Shown piece by piece: positions 29,390 through 43,340 of a DNA stretch of 64,000 nt. Position 1 is the stretch's first letter; every line of letters begins with the position of its first letter. Origin of the DNA: an uncultured Pseudobdellovibrionaceae bacterium. Lineage in GTDB: Bacteria; Bdellovibrionota; Bdellovibrionia; Bdellovibrionales; UBA1609. The stretch covers positions 800,001 through 864,000 of the forward strand of contig CAWDNU010000004.1 in the NCBI GenBank assembly GCA_963803705.1, given 5' to 3'. The notes below the pieces were generated by a model, which saw nothing but the letters and a program-made list of their open reading frames with translations, had not been told where the DNA came from and ran no database searches. The position numbers and the translations under genes were made by a program.

Positions 29390-31270
29390 ATGGTAACTTT
29401 GAAATTTATACTTTTTATGCTTAGTACAATACTAGGTCTCAACTCCAGTTTTAGTTTCGAAACTGGCTCTTCAGATAGCGAGGCCTCAAGTTACAGCAGA
29501 TATGAAAGGCGAAAACAAAATAGAAGACCTGTAGGTCGTGATCTCACAAAATGTTCTACTGGCGACATCGACGCTAGAAACGAGTTGTATGATAAGTGCA
29601 AAAACAATTTCTCTCAATTTGGAATACAAACTCCAATAGACGTCGACGAAATCATAGAACGGGATTCGTGTGATATTTCTGAACCCAAACAAGAATACTT
29701 TTCCGGTTGTGGAAGTGCTTTTTTAGAAATTCCAGAAAAAACAGTCCAAGGAGTTTTAAGCTTACTTGGCGTTGAAAATTATGATCAAGAGATTCAAGTA
29801 GAATGCTTGGATCCCCCGACTATAAGCAATGGCTTAAAAAGAAGGATAAATCGGGGTCAAGGCAGCGAAGCAGAAAAGCAAAGATTTAACGACCACGAAC
29901 GATCATTGGCCACATGGAATGATTGTGCTGATAGAGTAAAAAGCCAAGTTCAAAATAAAGTAGAAGATCATAAGGCCAAGATGAACACTTTCAATCAAGA
30001 GTGTAGAGGCTACTTAGGTAGCCGGCGACAAACAACCCAAAAAAGAAACAGTCAGTTGAAAGCCTGTATGTTACGTCTAGCTGGCGAGAATGGATGCGAC
30101 GCATGTATCCAGGAGCTATCCTATGTTTCACCTAAATTAAGCCTTTTAGATAAGTTGATACCCGAACTAAAAAACTTCAAATCGTCACAATGTTTCAACA
30201 AGCGAGCTTTAGGCAAGTTTGCCTGCCAAATTGCAATGAAGGGAGTCGGTACTGCCACTGCTGGATACTCGGCACTTCGCTTAGCAAAATTATTAGGCAC
30301 AAGCGCAGTCAATAGAGCAACCGCTGTAGCCCAATCGGCCGCACGCGAAAGCCGACGGCAGGCAACAACTCAAGCTGCTAACCGAGCAAGGTCAAGAGTA
30401 GCTAGTGAACAAACACTTATTAGGAATGCTGGATTAACAGATACAAACCGACTTACAGAGACAACCCGACGTCTTCGGCAATCTGGCCCAAACATCGGGG
30501 ACTCGTTAACTGAGACCCAAGCCAGTGCTATTTTAGAGGCTCATGCCGTTGGCAACCCAGGTGCTGGAATAGGAACCTACACCCAACTAGAGCGTAATCG
30601 TAAAGCAAGCATACTTATGAGGAAAGGTGGATTTTCAAGGGAACAAACTTTGCTTATTCTAGATGAGGGCTATGCCGGAAACATTGCAGGTAATCTGCCT
30701 AGAAATATGCCGAAGACAGTACAAATACAATCTTCAACGGCTCGACCATCTGAATTTAGTAGTTCCGTTGCCGACATTCGGCAACGTGCTGAATACGGAG
30801 AATTCGGTCAAATTGACGAAATGGCACAGCAGATCAGGCTAAGGGCCCAAGCAGGTCAACAGACCTTCAGGAATAATTTAGATCAACACGCTCAAAGCGA
30901 CCTCTTACTTGTAAGTGTAGGTAGAAGTGCCAGAGCATTACCTGCAAAATTAGACGACTTGGCTGATGATATCGAAAGACTTGGTTTACCAAAGGGGTGG
31001 CCTGCCACCGATGAGGCGGCGCTGACTTCTATGTCTCGTGTTCCGCAATCACTAAATCCTTACGAAGCTGCCCGATATAACGGGTTTTACAATCTTGCAG
31101 ATAGACAAATAAAAAATAGATTAACCGCTATTCAAGACCATATAAAGGCAAAAGGCTTAGGTCTCAATTCGTCTGAAGTTCAGTCCGAAGTTCGTCGCCT
31201 AATGCAGGTTCAGCAACAAATAGACCGATCAAGAGGTACAGTCCAAAACAACCCACTATTTCAGCAGTAG
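29390..31270 (+). CDS. Large secreted Cys-rich hypothetical protein
   Basis: 626 aa; signal peptide; Cys-rich N-half, hydrophobic Ala/Gly segment, Cys-free C-half. Confidence 0.75.
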   Translation: MVTLKFILFMLSTILGLNSSFSFETGSSDSEASSYSRYERRKQNRRPVGRDLTKCSTGDIDARNELYDKCKNNFSQFGIQTPIDVDEIIERDSCDISEPKQEYFSGCGSAFLEIPEKTVQGVLSLLGVENYDQEIQVECLDPPTISNGLKRRINRGQGSEAEKQRFNDHERSLATWNDCADRVKSQVQNKVEDHKAKMNTFNQECRGYLGSRRQTTQKRNSQLKACMLRLAGENGCDACIQELSYVSPKLSLLDKLIPELKNFKSSQCFNKRALGKFACQIAMKGVGTATAGYSALRLAKLLGTSAVNRATAVAQSAARESRRQATTQAANRARSRVASEQTLIRNAGLTDTNRLTETTRRLRQSGPNIGDSLTETQASAILEAHAVGNPGAGIGTYTQLERNRKASILMRKGGFSREQTLLILDEGYAGNIAGNLPRNMPKTVQIQSSTARPSEFSSSVADIRQRAEYGEFGQIDEMAQQIRLRAQAGQQTFRNNLDQHAQSDLLLVSVGRSARALPAKLDDLADDIERLGLPKGWPATDEAALTSMSRVPQSLNPYEAARYNGFYNLADRQIKNRLTAIQDHIKAKGLGLNSSEVQSEVRRLMQVQQQIDRSRGTVQNNPLFQQ

Positions 31271-31356
31271 TGCTCAGCAATATAGGTTACTCAGACTCCA
31301 TAGCTTCTAATATCAACAAAATTTCGCTCATAAAATATATCAACGGTTATCCAAAC

Positions 31357-31387
31357 AAAAAAAGCCCTGTAATTGCTTACAGGGCTT
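31357..31387 (-). terminator. Rho-independent terminator of the rRNA operon
   Basis: AAGCCCTGTAA-ttgc-TTACAGGGCTT stem with a U-tract on the minus strand. Confidence 0.85.
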
Positions 31388-31399
31388 AAAAACTAAAAG

Positions 31400-31511
31400 T
31401 TGGCGTTGTGCTACTCTCACACGGAAGAAACCGCATTACCATCGCCGCTGACGGACTTAACTTCTGAGTTCGGGATGGGATCAGGTATTTCCCCGCCGCT
31501 ATCAACGCCAT
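31400..31511 (-). rRNA. rrf: 5S rRNA
   Basis: Reverse complement has CCTGATCCCATCCCGAACTCAGAAGTTAAG; terminal stem TGGCGTTG/CAACGCCA. Confidence 0.95.
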
Positions 31512-31733
31512 TTATCGAATCATGAATAAGTGCTCAAATCAGAACTGAACCAGTTAATAAAATTTTTAATAAAATGTTAAAACCAACTCAATTCAAGATC
31601 AATTTTAATTAAAAATTTTGCTAATACGATTTACTATTGGGTCGTTTCGCTTAAGATTATAGATATTAAGTTCGTTCAAATCATTCTTAGCAGTCTAAGC
31701 TAAGTGTGCTTAGAAAACCTAAGTTCTCTAACA

Positions 31734-34648
<2,915 letters not shown>

Positions 34649-34807
34649 CATGTTTTTAGTTAAACTGCTAAGAATTATCTCAACAAACTCATATCTCAAT
34701 ACCAAGCGAAACAACCGAATGTAGTCTAGTTCAAAAACTAAACTACAAATTGTTTCAATTTAATATTTTAATTATTTTTTTTCTCTTTAATTTGAGCAAT
34801 TATTCAA

Positions 34808-34819
34808 TTTTCAAAGAAC
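34808..34819 (-). promoter_or_regulatory. boxA-like antitermination site in the ITS (second copy at 36656-36667)
   Basis: GTTCTTTGAAAA on minus, present before both 23S and 16S. Confidence 0.6.
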
Positions 34820-34856
34820 TAATTTTTTAATACGAAATGTCACAAACTCAGTAAGT

Positions 34857-34933
<77 letters not shown>

Positions 34934-35048
34934 TTCGCATTAAAAGAGCTACTTACGCTCTTTCAAAGCTGAATAGCTTAATTTTTGTGCACTGACCTAG
35001 AATGTCCATTAAATCTAGTAAAAGATTTAGCTGAATATTTCATCCTTA

Positions 35049-36560
<1,512 letters not shown>

Positions 36561-36718
36561 TATTTGAAAAATTTGTTCTAATTCAAATCATTAAAATTAT
36601 TATAAAAATTTAATCCAAAATAAATTGGATTGGCACAAAAATTTTCGCTATTCAGTTTTCAAAGAACGCAGTTTGTATCGTTATGTTTTAATTTACTTAT
36701 ACGTTGCTGAGAAGAATG

Positions 36719-36748
36719 GTTGTAGGTCTGAAAGGAATGTATGGTCAA
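36719..36748 (-). promoter_or_regulatory. Candidate sigma70 rrn promoter
   Basis: TTGACC-N18-TACAAC on minus, with A-tracts upstream. Confidence 0.4.
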
Positions 36749-37175
36749 CCCCCCAATAATCTTTTTTTTGGTTTTTTATAAATTAAATTTTTGAAGGTAT
36801 TAGCGAACTGATTTTACGCTCTTTAACTGAGCAAAAAAGTCTCTAAAGTTTACTATTGAATCGAACTTTACTGAAAGTAATGTTTCTAATAGCCACCTTT
36901 GCGCGCCCCCCCTACGAGCCCTAAATAAGCTCAGTGTAAATCTTTGGTCACGAACCGTACATTACATTTGAGGTCAAAATGGTATCTAAGTCTAACAGTC
37001 CACAAACTCAGATAAATTTGATTAAGACTTCTGCAAAAAATAGTTAAACTACTGTCATTCGAAAGGAGACCACCACAGTAGTGCTGTAGACTGGACTTGA
37101 ATTTTGAGCTCACGTTTAAGCATCATTAAGTATTAGGTCATAGGCAATGGGAATTAGATTGGGAGTTGGGATTTA

Positions 37176-37216
37176 AGTATTGAGTATTGAGTATTGAGTA
37201 TTGAGTATTGAGTATT
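37176..37216. repeat. (AGTATTG) tandem repeat, 5 full units plus 6 of 7 bases
   Basis: Read directly. Confidence 0.95.
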
Positions 37217-37312
37217 TTCCACCTTATTCTTTATCATGGGTGTAACTAAAGCAAAGTGGGGCGACATCGACGTGGCTTATATTTTATTTCATTTAGTTTT
37301 TAGCGATCATAT

Positions 37313-37495
37313 TAGGGCCTGTGGAAGATTCATCTAGGTTTTAAATGCTTTAGATTCAATTGAAGTTGTTTTAAGCGCAGACTGAGGTTTTTGAAGTGTA
37401 GCTATAGCTACATCGAAGAAAGCGAAGGCGAGTACAAAACAAATTCTTTTAAAGATGAAGTAGTAAAAACCTAGCTGAATCTTCCACAGGCCCTA
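37313..37495. mobile_element. MITE with 30-bp terminal inverted repeats
   Basis: TAGGGCCTGTGGAAGATTCATCTAGGTTTT ... AAAACCTAGCTGAATCTTCCACAGGCCCTA (29/30); central palindrome TGTAGCTATAGCTACA; solo ends elsewhere in the window. Confidence 0.8.
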
Positions 37496-37725
37496 GTTTT
37501 AAATAAATAAATAAATTAAATAAATTAGCTATGACAGCACCGAATTTTGGTCAGTTGTGGTGGACTGTACAGTACCCATTGAATTATCGTGGCTTTTCAC
37601 TGTGCTTTCCCGAATTGGATATCTAGCATAATACTTGATTGGTGTTTAAATTTTTGCACACACTTTCACAGGCGCTTAGTTAATTGTCTTTAAATTTATC
37701 TTAGAGTGCATTTTCCAAATAGATT

Positions 37726-38199
37726 GTGTTCAAGGGAGCTTTCATGAAAAGTAATAGTAGAGATACTGATGGTGTAAAGAAGCAAGGTAAGTTTGCAGAT
37801 AGCATGGGTGAAAGCGACATAGGTGCAAAAGATAAGTCGGCAAAGTCACAAGCACCTGCCCATGACAGTAGTGATGATTTCAAGCACCACAATTTAGATA
37901 CAGAAAAAGATCGCTCGTTGGAAATTCTTGAGAATTCGGCACATGTTCATCAAGAAAAAATTCAAGCTTTTGCTAAACTCGCACAAGTTATTAAAGCTTC
38001 TAGCAGAGATGGGATAGACAAAGTTCCTACCTCAGCACAACTAACTAGACAAATTACCTCACTTGTGAATAAGCCTGAGGATCTTATGTTTGTACTTGGT
38101 GGCCTATTAAACCAGATCCAATTTATAAAATCTCGAGGATTAGTGGAAAGAGGTTTGAATGGCTTGTTTAATAGAAAGACCAAACTGGGTTTGGAATAG
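37726..38199 (+). CDS. Hypothetical protein
   Basis: 157 aa ORF; GGGAG RBS favours the ATG at 37744. Confidence 0.55.
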   Translation: MFKGAFMKSNSRDTDGVKKQGKFADSMGESDIGAKDKSAKSQAPAHDSSDDFKHHNLDTEKDRSLEILENSAHVHQEKIQAFAKLAQVIKASSRDGIDKVPTSAQLTRQITSLVNKPEDLMFVLGGLLNQIQFIKSRGLVERGLNGLFNRKTKLGLE

Positions 38200-38459
38200 C
38201 GTTTAGATTTAGGTTTAGTTTCAGGTGCGGCCCTGCCCACATGGATGAGACGGAAAAAAACTACATATTATCTGATCACCTACTTACTACAGATTATTAA
38301 ACTGTTACAATTGTAGATTGGTTAAACCGAACCAAATTTTTTGATCAATAAGTTGAACGTTTAGAATTTGAATATCACTTCAGTTTATAAGTATATAAAG
38401 ATTAAGCAATTCCACTCGGAATCAATAGATCGTAATTGGGTGCAAAGTGCAATTAATTT

Positions 38460-38535
<76 letters not shown>

Positions 38536-38589
38536 GAAAAGTCGAAGTTTAGTTTTCATTTAAAATCGAGAGAAGGTCAAGGCTTTGGT

Positions 38590-39066
38590 TTAAGCAGTTG
38601 CAATAAAAATGTTTAGTTGCGAAAGCCACTGGCGCTCCCGTGATAGATCGAAACCAACGGCTTCTCCACCGTCTAATATTGAGAGGTAAACTTTTCTTAA
38701 TATGTCGAATTCAGTTTGATCAAAATCGTCAGGGTCAGCAATGACATCTATAATGCTTAACAGATCTGGAGTTGTTACTACTTTGGGCAATCTAGCCTCA
38801 TCTAAGCCATAACCTTCAGATGGTTTAAAGCCAATTAGATGTTTGGTTAACAGAACTTTATGACCACCTAAAAAATTTACCTGTAAAAATGGGTTACCTT
38901 CCGAGTCATCCCTTTGCAGCACAGCTTCAATTGCCTGAGGTTTAATTTTTAAAGACTTTCCGTCTGCAGATTGTACTAAACACTGACTGGTTTCTTTCCC
39001 AATCAATTTAAGACCAGAATCCGCAGCTTCAAGAAACTTTCTTATCTCATCAAATCCTGGCATCAA
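38590..39066 (-). CDS. Hypothetical protein
   Basis: 158 aa globular-looking ORF with GAGG RBS. Confidence 0.7.
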   Translation of the reverse strand: MMPGFDEIRKFLEAADSGLKLIGKETSQCLVQSADGKSLKIKPQAIEAVLQRDDSEGNPFLQVNFLGGHKVLLTKHLIGFKPSEGYGLDEARLPKVVTTPDLLSIIDVIADPDDFDQTEFDILRKVYLSILDGGEAVGFDLSRERQWLSQLNIFIATA

Positions 39067-39311
39067 TAAACCTCTTTTTTTAATCCTAGTTCATTATCTT
39101 CTATTAAACTTGTCGCCAGGTCGGCAAATTAGGTAAAGCTTTCGAACAAATTTAGGTTCAATGTCCTGTGACAAAATTAGACAAACCTGCTTTCAAGTTG
39201 TCTCAAAAAGAAATTTGTTGCAAAAGTGGTGTGGTGGCCAGTGACATCAAGGCCCCTTTCACCTAAATTAAATTTTTGCAGAAGAAATCGTTATAAAAAG
39301 GAATTCTAAAC

Positions 39312-39623
39312 TTGATCGTCAATCGCTGGCAGGCTCCCATCGTACCCACAAAAGAGCAAATTATTAGTATATTTAGAAACGAGGACTTAAAGCCTGAGGA
39401 AGAGATTTTTTTTCCTGATAAACCTATTTCGGATCATAAACATCCCTTTGATGAGGTCCGGATGATCGTGAGTGGCGAAATGATTATGAACGTTTCAGGT
39501 AATAAGATACTTTTAAGATCTGGGGACAAAATACTGATCCCTTCGAACACTAAGCATTCTAAGGAAGTACGTGGAGACGAGCCCTGCGTTTCTATTTATG
39601 CCCGTAAAGTTTTTCAAAGTTAA
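39312..39623 (+). CDS. Cupin domain protein
   Basis: HKHPFDE...GD...IPSNTKHS cupin motifs. Confidence 0.85.
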   Translation: MIVNRWQAPIVPTKEQIISIFRNEDLKPEEEIFFPDKPISDHKHPFDEVRMIVSGEMIMNVSGNKILLRSGDKILIPSNTKHSKEVRGDEPCVSIYARKVFQS

Positions 39624-39664
39624 AATAGAAAGTACAGATACTGTCTGAGCCCAACATAATTAAG

Positions 39665-39728
39665 GAATGCCTGAGATGAATGGTGTAGACTTTCTAGAAA
39701 CGACTTTAGAACTGAATCCTAAATCAAT
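39665..39728 (+). repeat. Diverged copy of a receiver-domain segment of the 42189 gene
   Basis: 58/64 identical to 42355-42418. Confidence 0.9.
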
Positions 39729-39815
39729 AGGTGCTTCAACAGTTATAATGAAAGCTGTTTCGATATTATTGAGCCAGACGCAAATGAGTGTGTGTAAGCA
39801 TCACTGAGTCTGATG

Positions 39816-39999
39816 TAGATGAGAGCACTTCAGCTTGAGCGGGTCCGCTGCAGTTTTGAGCTGTGAGCTCGACTAAACCTGCAGCGGCATAGGGTACTCG
39901 AAGTTGACTGTGCCCGAGACAATGTTTGACGGACTGCCAAAAACTTTGGTGACGAGGTTTTTGCGCTGAAGCTCAGGGAATCTGAATACTCCGCATCTA
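39816..39999. other. Structured intergenic fold-back element (ncRNA or MITE candidate)
   Basis: GC-rich; TAGATG/CATCTA ends; stems CTTCAGC/GCTGAAG, CCGCTGCAG/CTGCAGCGG, GAGCT/AGCTC. Confidence 0.5.
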
Positions 40000-40113
40000 G
40001 CCATTAAGTTAAAATTCTGAACTCAATCACTGAAGCCCAATTCATTTTAATTCACAAGAAGCCTTCACTTCTTGAGGTATTTTGTTTTGTTGTTTTTGTC
40101 GTTGGGATTTTTT

Positions 40114-42054
40114 TTACATTCCGATCGAGGGAACAGCTAGTGTCGAGCTAGGGCCTTGATTTGATCCTGACCCAGAGCCTTGGTAGCCGCGGCCAGAGCG
40201 ACTATAATTAGGAAGTCTTTGACCTGGTCCATCATACCGATTTGGCCTGGGCGGGAACCTAGTGCCGGGAGCTCCACTATTGTAGTAATCATAATTGTCT
40301 ATACCGTAATGAGGCGAATTGTTCCAGTTGCTGCCAGAATTAGGAAAGGGCCCGCGGCCTGAATGGACACCGGCATTTCCGTTTACGCCAGCCCACCCAG
40401 AAATATCTAAGCCGACTCTTAGGTTACCGATCCCACTACCACCTGCACCTGTTTGGGAACGCCCATAAGCGTCGATATAACCACCTCCGCCAATTCTTGC
40501 GGCAATATTTGATGCCTGAGCGCGCGCGTTTGCTAAATCCTGATTCGTACGCGCATTCTGTTCTTCAAATCGCCGAATACTAGCTTCAAGTGATGCTAAG
40601 GCGTTTAGGCTTTCAGCATCCTGTTGATTTCGTCTTCGCAAGCGCTCAGCATTTTCTTCAGCAATACGGAGAGCTTCCCGTCTAGCTTCGATACTTCCGC
40701 TTAAGTTACCGCTGGTCCATGGACCTGCATTCGGGTTGTTGTCAAAAGCTCCGCCGGATAGGCTGCCATTGACCGAACCACTAATCATACCTCCGGGGTA
40801 GCCCATAGCTCCGCCCACCGGAGTGTGCTGGTTGCCACCAAAAATTTTACCTAGAATTCCTTGGATGCCAGAAGTCACCACCTGGCCTTGTCCACTTGCA
40901 CCTGCGCCCGATGGGCACCCAAATGCACCGGCTGATTGAAGCGAGTTTACCATTAACGGTACTCCTGCTTGGGCTACATATGTGGCCATAACAACCGGCC
41001 CTCTATCGTCGGACGGGTAACCAGCTTCCCAATTGCCTTTTCTAGTTTTTTTAACTTGATTGTAAGCAAGCGCGCCACCCAAACCTAAAAGGCCTGCTGT
41101 TAAAAGACTTGGTCCCCAGCGGTTAAAGTCAAACCCAGCTTTTTTAGCCGTCTTCCCAGCATCGTCACAAAATAGACAGTAATCAGCTGCTGTAGACGTT
41201 GGATCAGCCTCTAGAATACAACGTCGATAGGCCTCTGCACTAGGACCACTGGATGGTGCATTATCAACATGAGCTTCAACGCACACAGCTTTGGCTAGTG
41301 CACTTCTTTGATCTCTTTCAAGCTCAGCCACTTCTTGCTGCAAATTGTAGTATTCCTTGTATTTGGCTGGGTAAACGCCTTGAGGAAATGCCCCGCTAGG
41401 TTTCAAACAGGTTTTGCACAGTTGTTTGACCCTACCGCTTGATTCATCAGTTGAAAAACAAATTTGGTTATTAACAACACCGCCATTCAGAGCATAATCA
41501 TAGCAAGAACTTCTTGGAGCTTCAGTATAATCATTATTGTCTTCGACAACAGGTTCGTAAACCCCGGCAATCATTCTGTCCATATTTACATCAATTGACA
41601 TGCCTTCTGAAACGACCTGGTAAGTCTCGAGATAATTTAAATTTTTAGAAAAATAAGTTAAAGCTCCTCGCATGTGATCTTCATAGTAATCTACGCCCTC
41701 TTCAGCCCTACCTTCGTTGCCACCACCGCAAGCCTTTCTAATAATGCCATTTACAGCTCGCCTACATTTAGAAAATAAACGATCTTTTTCGATTTCGCCG
41801 GCTCTACGCTTAGCCACAGCTAACTTTGCATTGATTGTATCTGCTTGCTGTTTGATACGTTCGCTTCGACTTAAAACTTGGTTGGGTAAGGTTTTTTGTG
41901 GGTAAGGGCATGGGGCATTAGCATAGTACTCCCCGGTTCCATAATGACTAGTTGGTGTAGGTGCAGCAGTTTCCCCATACAGTGGTCCCGGCTCATCAGC
42001 GTAAGTCATAGGACTTAAAAGCGCTACCATCATCAAAGTTTTAAAATAAATCAT
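40114..42054 (-). CDS. Large secreted Cys/Gly-rich coiled-coil hypothetical protein
   Basis: 646 aa; signal peptide, CxxC pairs, internal hydrophobic helix, coiled coils, low-complexity G/N/Y tail. Confidence 0.75.
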   Translation of the reverse strand: MIYFKTLMMVALLSPMTYADEPGPLYGETAAPTPTSHYGTGEYYANAPCPYPQKTLPNQVLSRSERIKQQADTINAKLAVAKRRAGEIEKDRLFSKCRRAVNGIIRKACGGGNEGRAEEGVDYYEDHMRGALTYFSKNLNYLETYQVVSEGMSIDVNMDRMIAGVYEPVVEDNNDYTEAPRSSCYDYALNGGVVNNQICFSTDESSGRVKQLCKTCLKPSGAFPQGVYPAKYKEYYNLQQEVAELERDQRSALAKAVCVEAHVDNAPSSGPSAEAYRRCILEADPTSTAADYCLFCDDAGKTAKKAGFDFNRWGPSLLTAGLLGLGGALAYNQVKKTRKGNWEAGYPSDDRGPVVMATYVAQAGVPLMVNSLQSAGAFGCPSGAGASGQGQVVTSGIQGILGKIFGGNQHTPVGGAMGYPGGMISGSVNGSLSGGAFDNNPNAGPWTSGNLSGSIEARREALRIAEENAERLRRRNQQDAESLNALASLEASIRRFEEQNARTNQDLANARAQASNIAARIGGGGYIDAYGRSQTGAGGSGIGNLRVGLDISGWAGVNGNAGVHSGRGPFPNSGSNWNNSPHYGIDNYDYYNSGAPGTRFPPRPNRYDGPGQRLPNYSRSGRGYQGSGSGSNQGPSSTLAVPSIGM

Positions 42055-42092
42055 ACCTTTACCACCAGCTCTATATTACCTTTCTCATATTA

Positions 42093-42120
42093 AATTCGTC
42101 ACAAAATGGGATGAACTTAA
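42093..42120 (-). promoter_or_regulatory. Candidate sigma28-type promoter
   Basis: Minus strand TTAAG-N15-GACGAATT. Confidence 0.5.
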
Positions 42121-42188
42121 GCCTTTAAGCCTATAATTAGGACCTTTGTGCAGCAAAATTAAAGCTTAAGCTCACCGAAAGGTAAATT

Positions 42189-43313
42189 ATGAAAAAACCA
42201 AAACTTCTATGCGTAGATGACGACCAAGATAATTTAGATGCCGTAGAAGCCATTTTAAAGCAGGATTTTGCCGTTACATCCTTCAGGTCTGCACTGGCAG
42301 CTTTGAAGCACTTGGAAACAGACTCTAGCTTTACCATTATTTTAAGTGACCAAAGAATGCCTGAAATGAATGGTGTGGACTTCTTAGAGAAGACTTTAGA
42401 ACTGAATCCTAAATCAATTCGAATTTTGTTCACAGGACATTCCAACTTTGAATCTGCTGTAGAAGCAATTAACCGTGCTCAGATTTACAGATATTTAACC
42501 AAACCATGGGCCCCTACAGATCTTATCTTGACCCTAAAAGAGGCACAGCAAAAATATAAAATTACAAATGAGCTAAGGATAAAAAATGAACAACTAGAAA
42601 AAGCCATCGAAGACTTAAAAGCCATGGATAAAATCAAAACAAATTTTATGATCTTAATCAATCACGAGCTTAAAACACCTTTAACTGCTATCGCAAGCTA
42701 CTTGGGACTACTTCAAGAAGAAATAGTTGATGGACCTGCTTTAAAATATGTTGGACGCATCGAAGAAGGCTGTGAACGGCTAAAGTTTTTAACAGATGAA
42801 GTGGTCTACTTGCTTAATAGCGACAACGAAGCTTTGGAAAAAATGACACATGAACTTTCAAATACAAATATTATCGAGATTTTAAGACCCTATAAGAACC
42901 ACGCAGATTACAAGTTACTACTAAATACAGAAGAGCATAACATCCCAGTTTCAGAAAAAATTTTGAAAAACGTTATAGATCGTTTAGCACAGAATGCTCA
43001 AAAATTTAAAACCAGAGGAATAGTTGAAATAACAGTAAATGATGTTGAAGATGATATTGTTTTCGAAATTTCAAATTACAGCGACGAATTTAACGACGAC
43101 GAGCTAAACAGAGTTGTAGAACCCTTTGAGCTTAAAAGAGATGTTATGAATCACTCAAAAGGCCTGGGATTGGGACTACCAATTGCCCAAGTCCTGCTTA
43201 AAAAAATTGGGTCTGAACTTATTTTAAGCTACAAGAATGGAAAATTTAGCGTCCGATTTATAGTTCATAAACGGCCGCTCAATATAGAGGCGTCCAAACT
43301 AAACTTCGTTTGA
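42189..43313 (+). CDS. Hybrid response regulator/histidine kinase (REC-HisKA-HATPase)
   Basis: VDDD, SDQRMP, KPW; H-box INHELKTPL; NAQKF; GLGLGL. Confidence 0.9.
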   Translation: MKKPKLLCVDDDQDNLDAVEAILKQDFAVTSFRSALAALKHLETDSSFTIILSDQRMPEMNGVDFLEKTLELNPKSIRILFTGHSNFESAVEAINRAQIYRYLTKPWAPTDLILTLKEAQQKYKITNELRIKNEQLEKAIEDLKAMDKIKTNFMILINHELKTPLTAIASYLGLLQEEIVDGPALKYVGRIEEGCERLKFLTDEVVYLLNSDNEALEKMTHELSNTNIIEILRPYKNHADYKLLLNTEEHNIPVSEKILKNVIDRLAQNAQKFKTRGIVEITVNDVEDDIVFEISNYSDEFNDDELNRVVEPFELKRDVMNHSKGLGLGLPIAQVLLKKIGSELILSYKNGKFSVRFIVHKRPLNIEASKLNFV

Positions 43314-43340
43314 TTAATGAGGAACTTTTGCAAATAGGTA

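Noticed and set aside
36931..37113. 60-aa minus-strand ORF upstream of the rRNA operon
   Set aside because: No RBS or recognisable motif; likely a chance ORF.
37540..37680. DnaA-box-like words (TTTTGCACA, ACTTTCACA) suggesting oriC
   Set aside because: Each has two or more mismatches to TTATCCACA, and there is no dnaA/dnaN/gidA context.
39816..39999. 6S RNA or c-di-GMP riboswitch identity
   Set aside because: The size and a CCCTGAGC word recall 6S, but the fold looks branched rather than rod-like and the zapA/ygfA context is missing; c-di-GMP-I core motifs were not found. Left unassigned.
39665..42418. Repeat pair as a DGR template/variable repeat
   Set aside because: The differences are not confined to adenines in either copy, and there is no reverse transcriptase in the window.
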